64,000 nucleotides of DNA from contig CAXXLZ010000001.1 in assembly GCA_963675595.2 (NCBI GenBank), positions 1,536,001 through 1,600,000 of the forward strand. The letters are read 5' to 3'. A program made the translations under genes and the position numbers. Every line of letters starts with the position of its first letter. The stretch's first letter is position 1. Below the pieces are notes generated by a model. The model was given only the letters and a program-made list of their open reading frames with translations, was not told where the DNA came from and made no database searches. Source of the stretch: Thermodesulfobacteriota bacterium (GTDB lineage: Bacteria > Desulfobacterota > Desulfarculia > JACQYL01). Of the stretch, positions 47,417 through 56,587 are shown piece by piece.

Positions 47417-49306
47417 TTATTTTGTCGAACTCATCCCGAGTTCCGCCATCCTTGCCGAGGGCGGGCCGCCGGTTTGGCTGCTCCAGCCTCGTTCGTCGTA
47501 ATAATCCCGCACAAGCTGCTGAAATTTTTCCCTGTCCAAAGGCCCGAAACCGCTCTCCCCGGCAGGGGCCGTTTCTTTAAAGAACCTTTCGGGACAGGTG
47601 TCGTCCGCGGTCTCGGCCCCTTCACGAAGGTTGAAGGCGCGACGTACATGCCACATATTCTCCGCCGCCCGCAAAAGGTCGTCCCTCCCGGTTTCAATTC
47701 CGGTCACGGCGGTGCAGGCCTCGGCCCAAAGCTCCAAGGGAAGCCTTTGATACGGAGGAAACTGGCAGATGCCGAGGATTTCCAGAACCGACGTCACATC
47801 TTCGGTCCACTTGTTTAATCGGGCCACATTGTAACCGTCGTCCGACACGATGCGCTCGACGGCGTCCTCGGGCAAACCGATCTTGGAGCAATACCTGCGG
47901 ATTTGCTCCGCCGTTCGCTCCACCATGGCCACACTGACGTTGGATATGTATCCCCGAACGTTTGTGAACTGCGAGAAGATCTCCGTGGAGCCCAATCGCG
48001 CTCGAGGGTCATACAGCACCCCCAATCCTTTGGAATGCATGGCATAGGGAAGCGTCTCGGGCCCCAGGGCTTCGGCGGCTCTGTCCAGTCCCTCCGCCAA
48101 AACGTCTCCCAAGCCTTCGCGGTAAGCGATCTTCCTGATCCATGTCCGGACGGATGGGCCGTCGCCCCAAACGGGAAGAGTCTCCTCCGCATCTCCCCCC
48201 TTGAGTAACCCTCTCTGGTTCAGCTCCATGATAAAGGAGATCAAATTCCCCACGCTCATGAAGTCCAATCCCAAACGAGCGGCGGTTTCCGCGCATTGGA
48301 TCGTCTCGCCCCAACCGTCCACCAAGCAGAACGTGCCGAAGCTTTGCATGACCGAATTCATGCAGGAGACCGCCAGACGATTTCGCGTGCCGTTCGACGC
48401 CTGGAAATCGATGTGATGTTTGCACCCGATGGGACAGCCCTGACATGCCACGTCCCCGTTCTTGAACAGCTCGACGAATTCTTCCAGAGGGAACTTCTCC
48501 AGCAATTCTTCGCGATAGGCGGTCTGGTAGTTCTTGCTTGCGTAAAGCCCCAAACGGCTGAAGGCCTCCAGACTGATCAACGTTCCGTATTTTCGCCAGT
48601 TCAGCAGGTTGGGATCCGCACGGAGGATTCGATAGATGTTTTTGACAACTTTCAGAAAACGGTTCCGATCCGCAACACCGATGCCTCCACTCCCATAGAG
48701 GGCTACGGCTTTGAGGTTCTTGGAGCCCATGACCGCACCCATGCCGGTTCGTGCGAAGGCGGCATATTTGTTCGTGATCAAGCCGGCGTCCCGCACCAGA
48801 TGTTCGCCGGCGGGCCCGATGCAGGTGACGTGAAATCGATCCCCGAGAGCCTGCCAGAGCAGGTCCGTCGTGTCGAACACGTCCTGGCCCCAAAGGTCTC
48901 CGGCATCCAGGAACTCCACATTGCTGTTCTCGATTTTCAGTACCGTGGGTTTCGCGGCGCGACCGGTCACAATCAAATGATCGTACCCCGCGAACTTGAG
49001 CATACCGAACAATCCGTGACCCGAGATACCGATGAATTTTCGTAAAGGAGAGCGGGCGGTAACGTTCCCTTTCCCCGATCCGGGCACCATAGTGCCCACC
49101 AGAGGGCCTAAGCCGAAGATCATTTCATTGTCCGGCGCGAAAGGATCACCGAACGGTTCCAGTTCCATGAACGCCAACGCCGCGTTGATCGCGGCGCCCC
49201 CTCGGAAATGAAGCAACAACTCTTCCGGAATCCGTTCCACGTGCGCCTTCTTCCGAGTCAGATCGACCCGGAGCAATCGTCCCGTGTACCCTCCCATTGG
49301 TCCCAT
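47417..49306 (-). CDS. Aldehyde:ferredoxin oxidoreductase family (W/Mo-pterin)
   Basis: GYTGRLLRVDLT, SPL, LKFAGYD, CIGPAGE, RTGMGAVMGSKNLKAV, C.GCPIGC, YYDERGW. Confidence 0.92.
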   Translation of the reverse strand: MGPMGGYTGRLLRVDLTRKKAHVERIPEELLLHFRGGAAINAALAFMELEPFGDPFAPDNEMIFGLGPLVGTMVPGSGKGNVTARSPLRKFIGISGHGLFGMLKFAGYDHLIVTGRAAKPTVLKIENSNVEFLDAGDLWGQDVFDTTDLLWQALGDRFHVTCIGPAGEHLVRDAGLITNKYAAFARTGMGAVMGSKNLKAVALYGSGGIGVADRNRFLKVVKNIYRILRADPNLLNWRKYGTLISLEAFSRLGLYASKNYQTAYREELLEKFPLEEFVELFKNGDVACQGCPIGCKHHIDFQASNGTRNRLAVSCMNSVMQSFGTFCLVDGWGETIQCAETAARLGLDFMSVGNLISFIMELNQRGLLKGGDAEETLPVWGDGPSVRTWIRKIAYREGLGDVLAEGLDRAAEALGPETLPYAMHSKGLGVLYDPRARLGSTEIFSQFTNVRGYISNVSVAMVERTAEQIRRYCSKIGLPEDAVERIVSDDGYNVARLNKWTEDVTSVLEILGICQFPPYQRLPLELWAEACTAVTGIETGRDDLLRAAENMWHVRRAFNLREGAETADDTCPERFFKETAPAGESGFGPLDREKFQQLVRDYYDERGWSSQTGGPPSARMAELGMSSTK

Positions 49307-49315
49307 CCAATCCTC

Positions 49316-49552
49316 CTACACCTTTTCGAGTACGCCGTATTCGCAATAGGACGCGCAAGCCCCGCACTGCATACAACCGGCCAGCAGCTCCACACGGAAT
49401 CGGTTCGTGCCCTCCACTCGAGAAGGACGAATGTGCGCCGCCGAAGGCTGAAACTTCTTTTCGGGAGATTGAAAGAATGAACAGACGAGCTGACACATCA
49501 GGCATCCGGAGCACTTCTCCGGGTGCACCACCCTGGTTTGCTTTGTCTTCAT
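49316..49552 (-). CDS. Small 2x[4Fe-4S] ferredoxin-like subunit
   Basis: CSGCLMCQLVC and CMQCGACASYC; GGAGG RBS before ATG 49552. Confidence 0.85.
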   Translation of the reverse strand: MKTKQTRVVHPEKCSGCLMCQLVCSFFQSPEKKFQPSAAHIRPSRVEGTNRFRVELLAGCMQCGACASYCEYGVLEKV

Positions 49553-49628
49553 GAGCCCTCCCGAGTCCCTGCTGATCGAAGCGATCTTCTTAAATAGCCC
49601 CGTTTGCCAATCCACGTCGGACGACAGG

Positions 49629-51719
49629 CTAAGCCTTTGATATCCGACAGGCGATGGCGCGCAAGTTGGGCGTACCGAAAGCCTTGCCCAATTTGGTGCC
49701 GTCCGTCAATACATTGAAATTGGAGCGGTCCCAACTGTACAGGTTTTCAGGGCCCGTTTCCGGAAGCCACCAGCCGGGATCCGCGCAAACCACCCTCGGA
49801 TCGACTCCGTCCCATAAGACCGCTTTGAACCTTATTTGGTCCCTTCTCGTGGTCACATATACTTCATCTCCCTCAACGATTCCAGCCTCCCGCGCACAGT
49901 CGGGGTGCACCGTAAGGACCGGGTCCGGTCGACGCTTTCTGAGCGCCTCGATTCTGCGATTGGAGGAACATAGAAACTCCGCGGGCTTGGCGGAAGTAAG
50001 CACCAGGGGAAATTCATCCGTCAGTTCTTCGGGAAGGCCTTCAAACTCGGGCAGCGGCGGAAATCCCATCTTCTCGGCTTTCGACAGCACCAATTCCACC
50101 TTCCCGCTGGGGGTGGCAAAACCTCTTTCCAAGTACTTCCGGTATCGCCTTTCAGATTTCAGCATGCCCTGCTCGGCGAATTGGGCATAGCTCAGCCCGG
50201 AAGGACGCAGTATCTCCTCAGGAATCTCCTCGTAATCATCGAACCAGTATTCTCCCAGGCCCAAGGCCTTGCCCAGTTCGTTGAGAATCTTGATGTCGGG
50301 CCAACATTCAGGCGGCGGGTCCACCACACGGGGACGCGCCAGAATATAGCCGTGTCCCAGACCGTAATGGCCGATGTCATTGAATTCGAGCTCCGTGGCG
50401 GCAGGCAGCACAACGTCGGCCAACGCCGCCGTGGGCGTCATGAACAAGTCCGACACCACCAGAAAGTCTAGGTATTTCAGGGCCCTAACGACCTCACGGC
50501 TGTCCACGTAGGAAAGGACCGGATTGGCGCACTGGATATACGCTCCTCGAACGGGATAGGGATCGTCGTCGATGACCGCCCGGTAGAAATGCGCCGGCGG
50601 CACCACCATGAACCGAGGCAGGACTTTGTGCCGAAAAGAAATCATCTCGGCAAACTTCTTCGGTAAAAGATCGGCCTGGACAAAACTACGCAAAGAGGTC
50701 ACCGGAGGTTCTCCCCCGTCCAGGTTCCCTCCCGGAACATCAAGGTTCCCCGTGACGGCCATCAAGGAGACCAGAGCGCGGCACGTCTCCAAGTTGGATA
50801 CGTTCTGCTCGATTCCGTTCCCCCAATGGATCACGGCCGGTTTGGCCGTTGCATAGAGCCGGGTCGCTTCGCGCACCAGTCCCGCGTCGACCCAAGTAAT
50901 CTCCTCCAATTTCTCGGGCGCATAGCGAAGAACACTGGACGCCAATTGGTCGAACCCGTGAGTCCAGGATGACGTGAAGTCTTCGTCGTATAACCGCTCT
51001 TCCACGATGACGCTCAGCACGGACAGCGCGAGGGCCGTCTCGGAACCGGGCCGAAGTTGAAGCCAATAATCCGCTCTGGAAGCCATTTCCGTGCGACGGG
51101 GATCCACCACGATCACCCGGCTTCCCGCTTTGATTCTTTTCATGAGCTTGCGGTGAATCACTCCTTCCTCATTGGTGGCCGTGGGATTGCTGCCCCACAG
51201 AAACACGCAGGAAGTAGGCAGATCGTAGTCCACCACGGGAAAGAAGCCGCATACATGCATGCTCGTGATCTCCCGGGGCATATGACATACATCCTGGGGT
51301 CCCACCACATTGGGAGATCCGAAAGTGTTTGCCAGGCGTATCAGCACGAAGTGTTCAAGCCCTTTGGGCATTCCCTGGCAGAAAGCCACGGCACGGGCTC
51401 CATGGCGCTCTTTGATTTCATTCAAGCGATCCGCAATCAAGGCCAAGGCCTCGCTCCACGGGATGGATTCCCACCGGTTCTCTCCGCGCTCACCTCGCCT
51501 CAACAAAGGCGAACGAAGCCGATCCGGATGGGCGAGCCGCCGGGGATGGGAAAGTCCTTTAATGCAGATATGGCCTTCACTGACAGGATCTTCGGGGTCG
51601 CCTTTGATCTGAACGATACGGTTGTCTTCAACACGGCAAAGGAGACCGCACCCTCCATGGTCCATGCGACCGCAATGTGTCTTCTTCCATTGATTTGAAC
51701 TCGACACGCGTGGCTCCAT
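49629..51719 (-). CDS. Molybdopterin-binding oxidoreductase, acetylene hydratase-like subfamily
   Basis: CGRMDHGGC...C.KG, HPDRL.SPL.R.GERGE..WE.I.W.EAL, VVDPRRTE.A, RPGSE.ALAL, GNLDVPGG, ADVVLPA, GFATPSGKVEL, GWWLPE; no Tat signal. Confidence 0.85.
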   Translation of the reverse strand: MEPRVSSSNQWKKTHCGRMDHGGCGLLCRVEDNRIVQIKGDPEDPVSEGHICIKGLSHPRRLAHPDRLRSPLLRRGERGENRWESIPWSEALALIADRLNEIKERHGARAVAFCQGMPKGLEHFVLIRLANTFGSPNVVGPQDVCHMPREITSMHVCGFFPVVDYDLPTSCVFLWGSNPTATNEEGVIHRKLMKRIKAGSRVIVVDPRRTEMASRADYWLQLRPGSETALALSVLSVIVEERLYDEDFTSSWTHGFDQLASSVLRYAPEKLEEITWVDAGLVREATRLYATAKPAVIHWGNGIEQNVSNLETCRALVSLMAVTGNLDVPGGNLDGGEPPVTSLRSFVQADLLPKKFAEMISFRHKVLPRFMVVPPAHFYRAVIDDDPYPVRGAYIQCANPVLSYVDSREVVRALKYLDFLVVSDLFMTPTAALADVVLPAATELEFNDIGHYGLGHGYILARPRVVDPPPECWPDIKILNELGKALGLGEYWFDDYEEIPEEILRPSGLSYAQFAEQGMLKSERRYRKYLERGFATPSGKVELVLSKAEKMGFPPLPEFEGLPEELTDEFPLVLTSAKPAEFLCSSNRRIEALRKRRPDPVLTVHPDCAREAGIVEGDEVYVTTRRDQIRFKAVLWDGVDPRVVCADPGWWLPETGPENLYSWDRSNFNVLTDGTKLGKAFGTPNLRAIACRISKA

Positions 51720-51859
51720 GGTTTATTGTGTTTACCCACCAAAAAAAGACAGGAACACCCTATCATAAATCCAGGATAATTTCAATTTTCCTAACGTTCC
51801 TATGATTTTTCCCTTGTTACCCGATCGATAATACAAAGAACCTTCAATCGGAAAAGACG

Positions 51860-52738
51860 ATGCGTAATCATTGGTTCAGGCGCACATTGGACGTCAGGGT
51901 TCGTACGGCGGAAAATAACTCGGTGTGGGTGGAGGCCTTCTTGTCGGAAGGTCCGCGTCCCCTTCACTTGGATATTCTCGTGGCATTTCCCGATCATGTC
52001 ATCCGGGAGGCGCGGATCGAAACCTTTGTTGTGGATGAGGCCGGCGGACTCATTCCTTATATCAAAGAGACGACTGAGCTTACGGGCCTGGAGATCGGTC
52101 CCGGTTTTGTACGAAAAGCGCGCAGTGCCCTCCCCGAAGGCATCGAACAAGGTTCCGCCTTGGACGCCCTTGTCGAGTGTGCACGCATGATCGCCCAGGT
52201 GGGAACGCTGGAACCGGATGATGTCCGGCGGCTCGATATTACAGACCCGAGAGTGCTGCGGAATCTCGACCTGACGCACTGGCCTCAGCTGGAAAATGGG
52301 TGTATTCCCTACTCGGAGGAAATCGAGCGTCAATTCGACGACCGAGGCATCCGGGCGGCGAGCCGTATCGACATCTACTCACCTTTTCCGGGACAGCGTG
52401 TACGATTCAGAAGAGACAAGGTCTTCGAATGCGGCACTGACGGGAGCAACTGTTTCATGCGGGGATATTTGAGCGACGACATCCATGAGCTGGAAGTCGA
52501 GGTGACCATCGACAACGACACAAGAATCGTCGAGCACGCCGCAGCTCGCTCCATACGATCCCCGTATCCCGGAATATGCGATCAGCCCTTTCCGCGTGTT
52601 TGCGAGTTGATGGGGTCTGTCGCGGACGATTCCTTCAAGTCCCGAGTAGTTGAGACAGTGGGCCTGAACTTCGGTTGCGTCCACCTCAAGGACTTGATCC
52701 TGGATTTGGTTCGGTACGCGGACGGCAAGCGTGAATAG
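51860..52738 (+). CDS. DUF2889-like protein (apparently duplicated domain)
   Basis: WFRR / RFRR repeated halves; DDIHEL, RSPYPGIC, GCVHLKDL. Confidence 0.55.
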   Translation: MRNHWFRRTLDVRVRTAENNSVWVEAFLSEGPRPLHLDILVAFPDHVIREARIETFVVDEAGGLIPYIKETTELTGLEIGPGFVRKARSALPEGIEQGSALDALVECARMIAQVGTLEPDDVRRLDITDPRVLRNLDLTHWPQLENGCIPYSEEIERQFDDRGIRAASRIDIYSPFPGQRVRFRRDKVFECGTDGSNCFMRGYLSDDIHELEVEVTIDNDTRIVEHAAARSIRSPYPGICDQPFPRVCELMGSVADDSFKSRVVETVGLNFGCVHLKDLILDLVRYADGKRE

Positions 52739-52794
52739 ACCGTTCCCCAAACGGCGCGACATCCGAAACCGTCCGCCGAGAGCGTTGGGGAGTT

Positions 52795-53964
52795 TTAGCC
52801 CGTTTCCGCCAAGTCCCTGGATGATCGCGTCAGAATTTCATACCCCCCTTCCGTAACGTGAACCGTGTCCTCAATGAACACGGCGCCGAAATCCGGAATG
52901 ATGAATTTGCTTTCCACCGCCAGCACCATGTCTTTCAGGATGGGTGTGGAGGTTCTCGGATCGATGACCGGAGGTTCGTCCACCTCGAGACCGATACCGT
53001 GTCCGAGATATTGTCCCTGGGAGTCGCCGAACCCCTGAAAGAAATCCGCGAATCCGAGGTTTCGGACTTTTTCCATACCGATTTCGAATACCTCTTGGAC
53101 GGGGATTCCCGCACGAATCGCCCCGAGGGCCGCCGACTGGACTTCCATGAGGTCGCGATAGGTGTCGCGCCGGCGAGGGGTCGCCCGCCCCGCCACATAG
53201 GTCCGGGCGTTGTCGGCGTGGTAGCCTTTATAGTTGATGGGGGAATCGACAACGATCAAATCGTTTTCGCAAATTTCGCGATCCGAGGCTCCCCAAGGCA
53301 ATGCCGTGCTCAATCCCACACCGGTTACCGTGTGGGCGTGCCCCGAGATACGATGCAGGTTTTCTCCCGAGGCTATGGCGCCCGTGGGTTGCAGCCAATC
53401 GTCCCAACGCCGAATGAACACCCTCTGTTCCACCTGGTTTCGAATCTGCACGTCCGCCAGGACCGCGCTAAGTTCCAGTTCCGTCATACCGGCCCGGATG
53501 CTCCGTTGCGCCGCCTCGTGCATCAGGTCGAACCGGGCGCAGGCCTCCCTCAGCAGTTGAATTTCGTCCGGGTCCTTAACGGCACGCTGCTCCATAATCA
53601 ACGGCGAGACGTCCGCCAACGTGAACGCTGGAAAAGCCGCGGCCATTCTCTGAATCAAACCGTAAGGTACGGTGTCGAACTCGACGCCGAGAGTGCCGTG
53701 CGAGATGCCGAGTTCTCCGAGCTTCCGGGCCATCTGTTTGGGACTGCCCCCCATTTCGTAGGGCTCGATCCAGGTTTCCTCACGGACAAACGACTCCCCT
53801 CTCCGCACCAGCAATAAAGGAGCTCCTTTTTGAGGTACGATCAGGTTGCATGGTTGGGCGGTGCCGCTGTAATAGAAAAGATCACGGTGTTGAAGAATAA
53901 TCGCCGCATCGATGCCGTTTTCCGACAGTTTGCGCTGAAGCGAATGTATGCGATGAAGTTTCAA
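52795..53964 (-). CDS. M24 Xaa-Pro peptidase family protein
   Basis: DLFYYSGT, R.VKDPDEI, metal ligands D.P...GY.AD..RT, GHGIGLEVDE, VE, IEDT. Confidence 0.88.
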   Translation of the reverse strand: MKLHRIHSLQRKLSENGIDAAIILQHRDLFYYSGTAQPCNLIVPQKGAPLLLVRRGESFVREETWIEPYEMGGSPKQMARKLGELGISHGTLGVEFDTVPYGLIQRMAAAFPAFTLADVSPLIMEQRAVKDPDEIQLLREACARFDLMHEAAQRSIRAGMTELELSAVLADVQIRNQVEQRVFIRRWDDWLQPTGAIASGENLHRISGHAHTVTGVGLSTALPWGASDREICENDLIVVDSPINYKGYHADNARTYVAGRATPRRRDTYRDLMEVQSAALGAIRAGIPVQEVFEIGMEKVRNLGFADFFQGFGDSQGQYLGHGIGLEVDEPPVIDPRTSTPILKDMVLAVESKFIIPDFGAVFIEDTVHVTEGGYEILTRSSRDLAETG

Positions 53965-54182
53965 AGGGACCTCCTTAGGGGAATTGTTTCAGCGACCAAC
54001 ATCACTGCTTCATCGTTCAGCTTCCGTGAATGAACAGCTACATGATTTTGTTGTCGGCATCAAGAACTAAGGTTTCCGATGTATCGGTACGGCATGAATA
54101 GTGATTCCCGTTGCCGTGATCAAGGATTCGCTTGAGCTGTTTTCCGCAACAAACCCGTAAACGTTCATAGGAGGCATACACC

Positions 54183-54971
54183 ATGGAAGATTCAGTAAGA
54201 ACGGTGGCCCGAATGATAATGGAGGTGGATAAAGTGGCCGTGTTCACAGGGGCCGGAGTCAGCACGGAATCGGGCATATCCGACTTTCGCAGCCCGGACG
54301 GCATTTGGTCCCGCTACGATCCCGAAGACTTCACCATTCAACGTTTCGTTTCCAGCAAAGAGGCGCGGAAGCGCAACTGGCAACTTCGCAGGGAGCTGGT
54401 TTCGGCGGGGTATCGGCCCAATCCCGCCCACTACTGCATCCGGGAACTTGAAGAAATGGGCAAGCTGTCTTGTGTGATCACACAAAATATCGACGGCCTG
54501 CATCACCAAGCGGGGAATTCCGAAGACAAAATCATCGAGCTCCACGGTACCATCAAATTCGCCAAGTGCCTGAATTGCGGTGATCGGCTTCTCATGACCA
54601 CCGTGCTGCAGCGCATTGATGAGGGTGAGGAGGACCCTCACTGCAGGCAATGCGGCGGTCTCTTGAAAGCGGCCACCGTCTCTTTCGGGGAAGCAATGCC
54701 GCAGGCCGAGATGGAACGTGCGGAACGTTGCTGCAGAGAATGCGATCTATTCATTGTCATCGGTTCGTCCCTGGTTGTGTTTCCCGCGGCGAGCATGCCG
54801 CTCATCGCCAAGCGCGCAGGTTCCAAGCTGGTTATTATCAACTACACTCCGACGGACATGGACCGGGAGGCGGATATCGTCATTCACGACAAAGCCGGAG
54901 CCACAATGCAGGCAATCCTCCGAGAGGTCGGACTTCTTAGAGAAGAGTCCGCGGGCGACGAATCCGCATAG
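54183..54971 (+). CDS. cobB: NAD-dependent protein deacylase (sirtuin)
   Basis: TGAGVSTESGISDFR, TQNIDGLH, ELHG, two CxxC, FGE, GSSL.V.PAA. Confidence 0.92.
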   Translation: MEDSVRTVARMIMEVDKVAVFTGAGVSTESGISDFRSPDGIWSRYDPEDFTIQRFVSSKEARKRNWQLRRELVSAGYRPNPAHYCIRELEEMGKLSCVITQNIDGLHHQAGNSEDKIIELHGTIKFAKCLNCGDRLLMTTVLQRIDEGEEDPHCRQCGGLLKAATVSFGEAMPQAEMERAERCCRECDLFIVIGSSLVVFPAASMPLIAKRAGSKLVIINYTPTDMDREADIVIHDKAGATMQAILREVGLLREESAGDESA

Positions 54972-54991
54972 CGGTAGACCTGAGATGGGGC

Positions 54992-55020
54992 TTGCCGTTC
55001 GCTGTTCGTTTTATTATAAG
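54992..55020 (+). promoter_or_regulatory. Sigma70-type promoter upstream of the fadI/fadJ-like operon
   Basis: TTGCCG-17 nt-TATAAG. Confidence 0.45.
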
Positions 55021-55264
55021 AAACACCTAGGTAAAACGGTCGGGCCATGAATGTTCCTGTAACACCCCGTTAAGACACGGGATAGGCGACAGGCCTGAGG
55101 AAAGACACTGCGATTCAAGCTGCGCGAACCCAGAAAAGCCGAGCGTAAATCCGAGACGTGAAACGCATTAAGGGTGACCCAAGCAGGCTGGGGCGGTGGG
55201 ATCGCATTTCTCAAGGGCAGGTTTACCATTTTCATCAAGCAACAGCGGACACGGGAGGAGTACT

Positions 55265-56551
55265 ATGCTGCCGAAAAGAGTAGCGATCATCGATGGGTAT
55301 CGGACCCCCTTTTGCAGAGCCGGCACCGAGTTCATGGAAATGGACGCGGTTGATCTGGCAAAGGTGGCGACGGCCGAGCTCGTCAACCGGTCGGAGATCG
55401 ACGTAAAAGAGATCGATGAGGTGGCCATGGGGGTCTCCATCGGGCACCCGTCCATTACCAACCTCGCGAGAATGGTGGCTTTGGGCATCGGCCTCCGAAA
55501 AGACGTGCACGCCTATCATATGCAGATTGCCTGTGCAACAAGCCTTTTGACCGCGGCGCATGTGGCCATGAGCATCGCTTTGGGTTCGGCGGACGTGGGG
55601 ATCGCGGGCGGAGCCGAAAGTATGAGCTTTGTGCCCATCCTGGCCAACGAGCCGGTGAGGAGGGCCATTCTCGCGGCCCAGGCCCAGAAGGATCCTCAGC
55701 AGCAACTTATGACCATCGGGCAGGTGCCCCTCATGCAGTTCATTCCTCAGCCCACCCCCATTCAGGAGCCCTACACGGGTTATTCCATGGGCGAGCACAC
55801 GGAACTGATGGTCCAGGAATGGAGCGTTTCGAGGGAAGCCCAGGACGACTTTGCGTACCGTTCGCACAAGATGGCCGGCGAAGCCGTGGCGGACGGCAGA
55901 ATCCCCGCGGAAATCGTCCCGGTGTTCGCTCGTCCCGATTTCAAACCGGTGACTGCGGACAACCTGATCAGGCCCAACCCGGACCGCGCGAAAATGGCGA
56001 CTCTGCCCCCCGTTTTCGACAAGGAAGTGGGCACCATCACCGCCGCCAATTCCAGCCCATTGACGGACGGCGCCAGCGCCGTTCTGTTGATGTCGGAAGA
56101 AAAGGCCAAAGCTCTGGGCTACAAGCCCAAAGCGTTCATCAAAGGATTCGGATTTTCCGGCGTGGACCTTGATCTCGGTATGTTGTTCGGTCCGGTGTAC
56201 AGCACGCCGAAAGCCCTCAAGAATACCGGGTTGAAACTCTCCGATATCGACCTCGTGGAAATGCACGAGGCGTTCGCCGGTCAGATTCTCTGCAATCTGA
56301 AAGCCTTTACGGCAAAAGACTGGCTGAAGAAGAATCTCGGGTTGGACGAACCCATCGGCGAAGTCAACATGGACCGATTCAATTTGATGGGCGGCTCCAT
56401 TTCTCTGGGTCATCCTTTCGCGGCCACCGGCGGTAGAATGCTGATCAGCTGCGCGAACCAGCTTCCTCGGGTGGATGGAACTTTTGGGTTGGTCACGGCT
56501 TGCGCCGCCAACGGCACGGGAGGCGCCGTTATCCTGGAACGAGCCCAATAA
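55265..56551 (+). CDS. fadI: Acetyl-CoA C-acyltransferase, FadI-like (trifunctional enzyme beta)
   Basis: GYRTPF, ACATS, GGAESMS, SMGEH, TAANSSPLTDGAS, MHEAFAGQ, GHPFAATG, TACA; GGAGGAG RBS. Confidence 0.85.
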   Translation: MLPKRVAIIDGYRTPFCRAGTEFMEMDAVDLAKVATAELVNRSEIDVKEIDEVAMGVSIGHPSITNLARMVALGIGLRKDVHAYHMQIACATSLLTAAHVAMSIALGSADVGIAGGAESMSFVPILANEPVRRAILAAQAQKDPQQQLMTIGQVPLMQFIPQPTPIQEPYTGYSMGEHTELMVQEWSVSREAQDDFAYRSHKMAGEAVADGRIPAEIVPVFARPDFKPVTADNLIRPNPDRAKMATLPPVFDKEVGTITAANSSPLTDGASAVLLMSEEKAKALGYKPKAFIKGFGFSGVDLDLGMLFGPVYSTPKALKNTGLKLSDIDLVEMHEAFAGQILCNLKAFTAKDWLKKNLGLDEPIGEVNMDRFNLMGGSISLGHPFAATGGRMLISCANQLPRVDGTFGLVTACAANGTGGAVILERAQ

Positions 56552-56587
56552 AACGAGCGCACGAACAGCGTGAAAGGAGAAGCCGCA

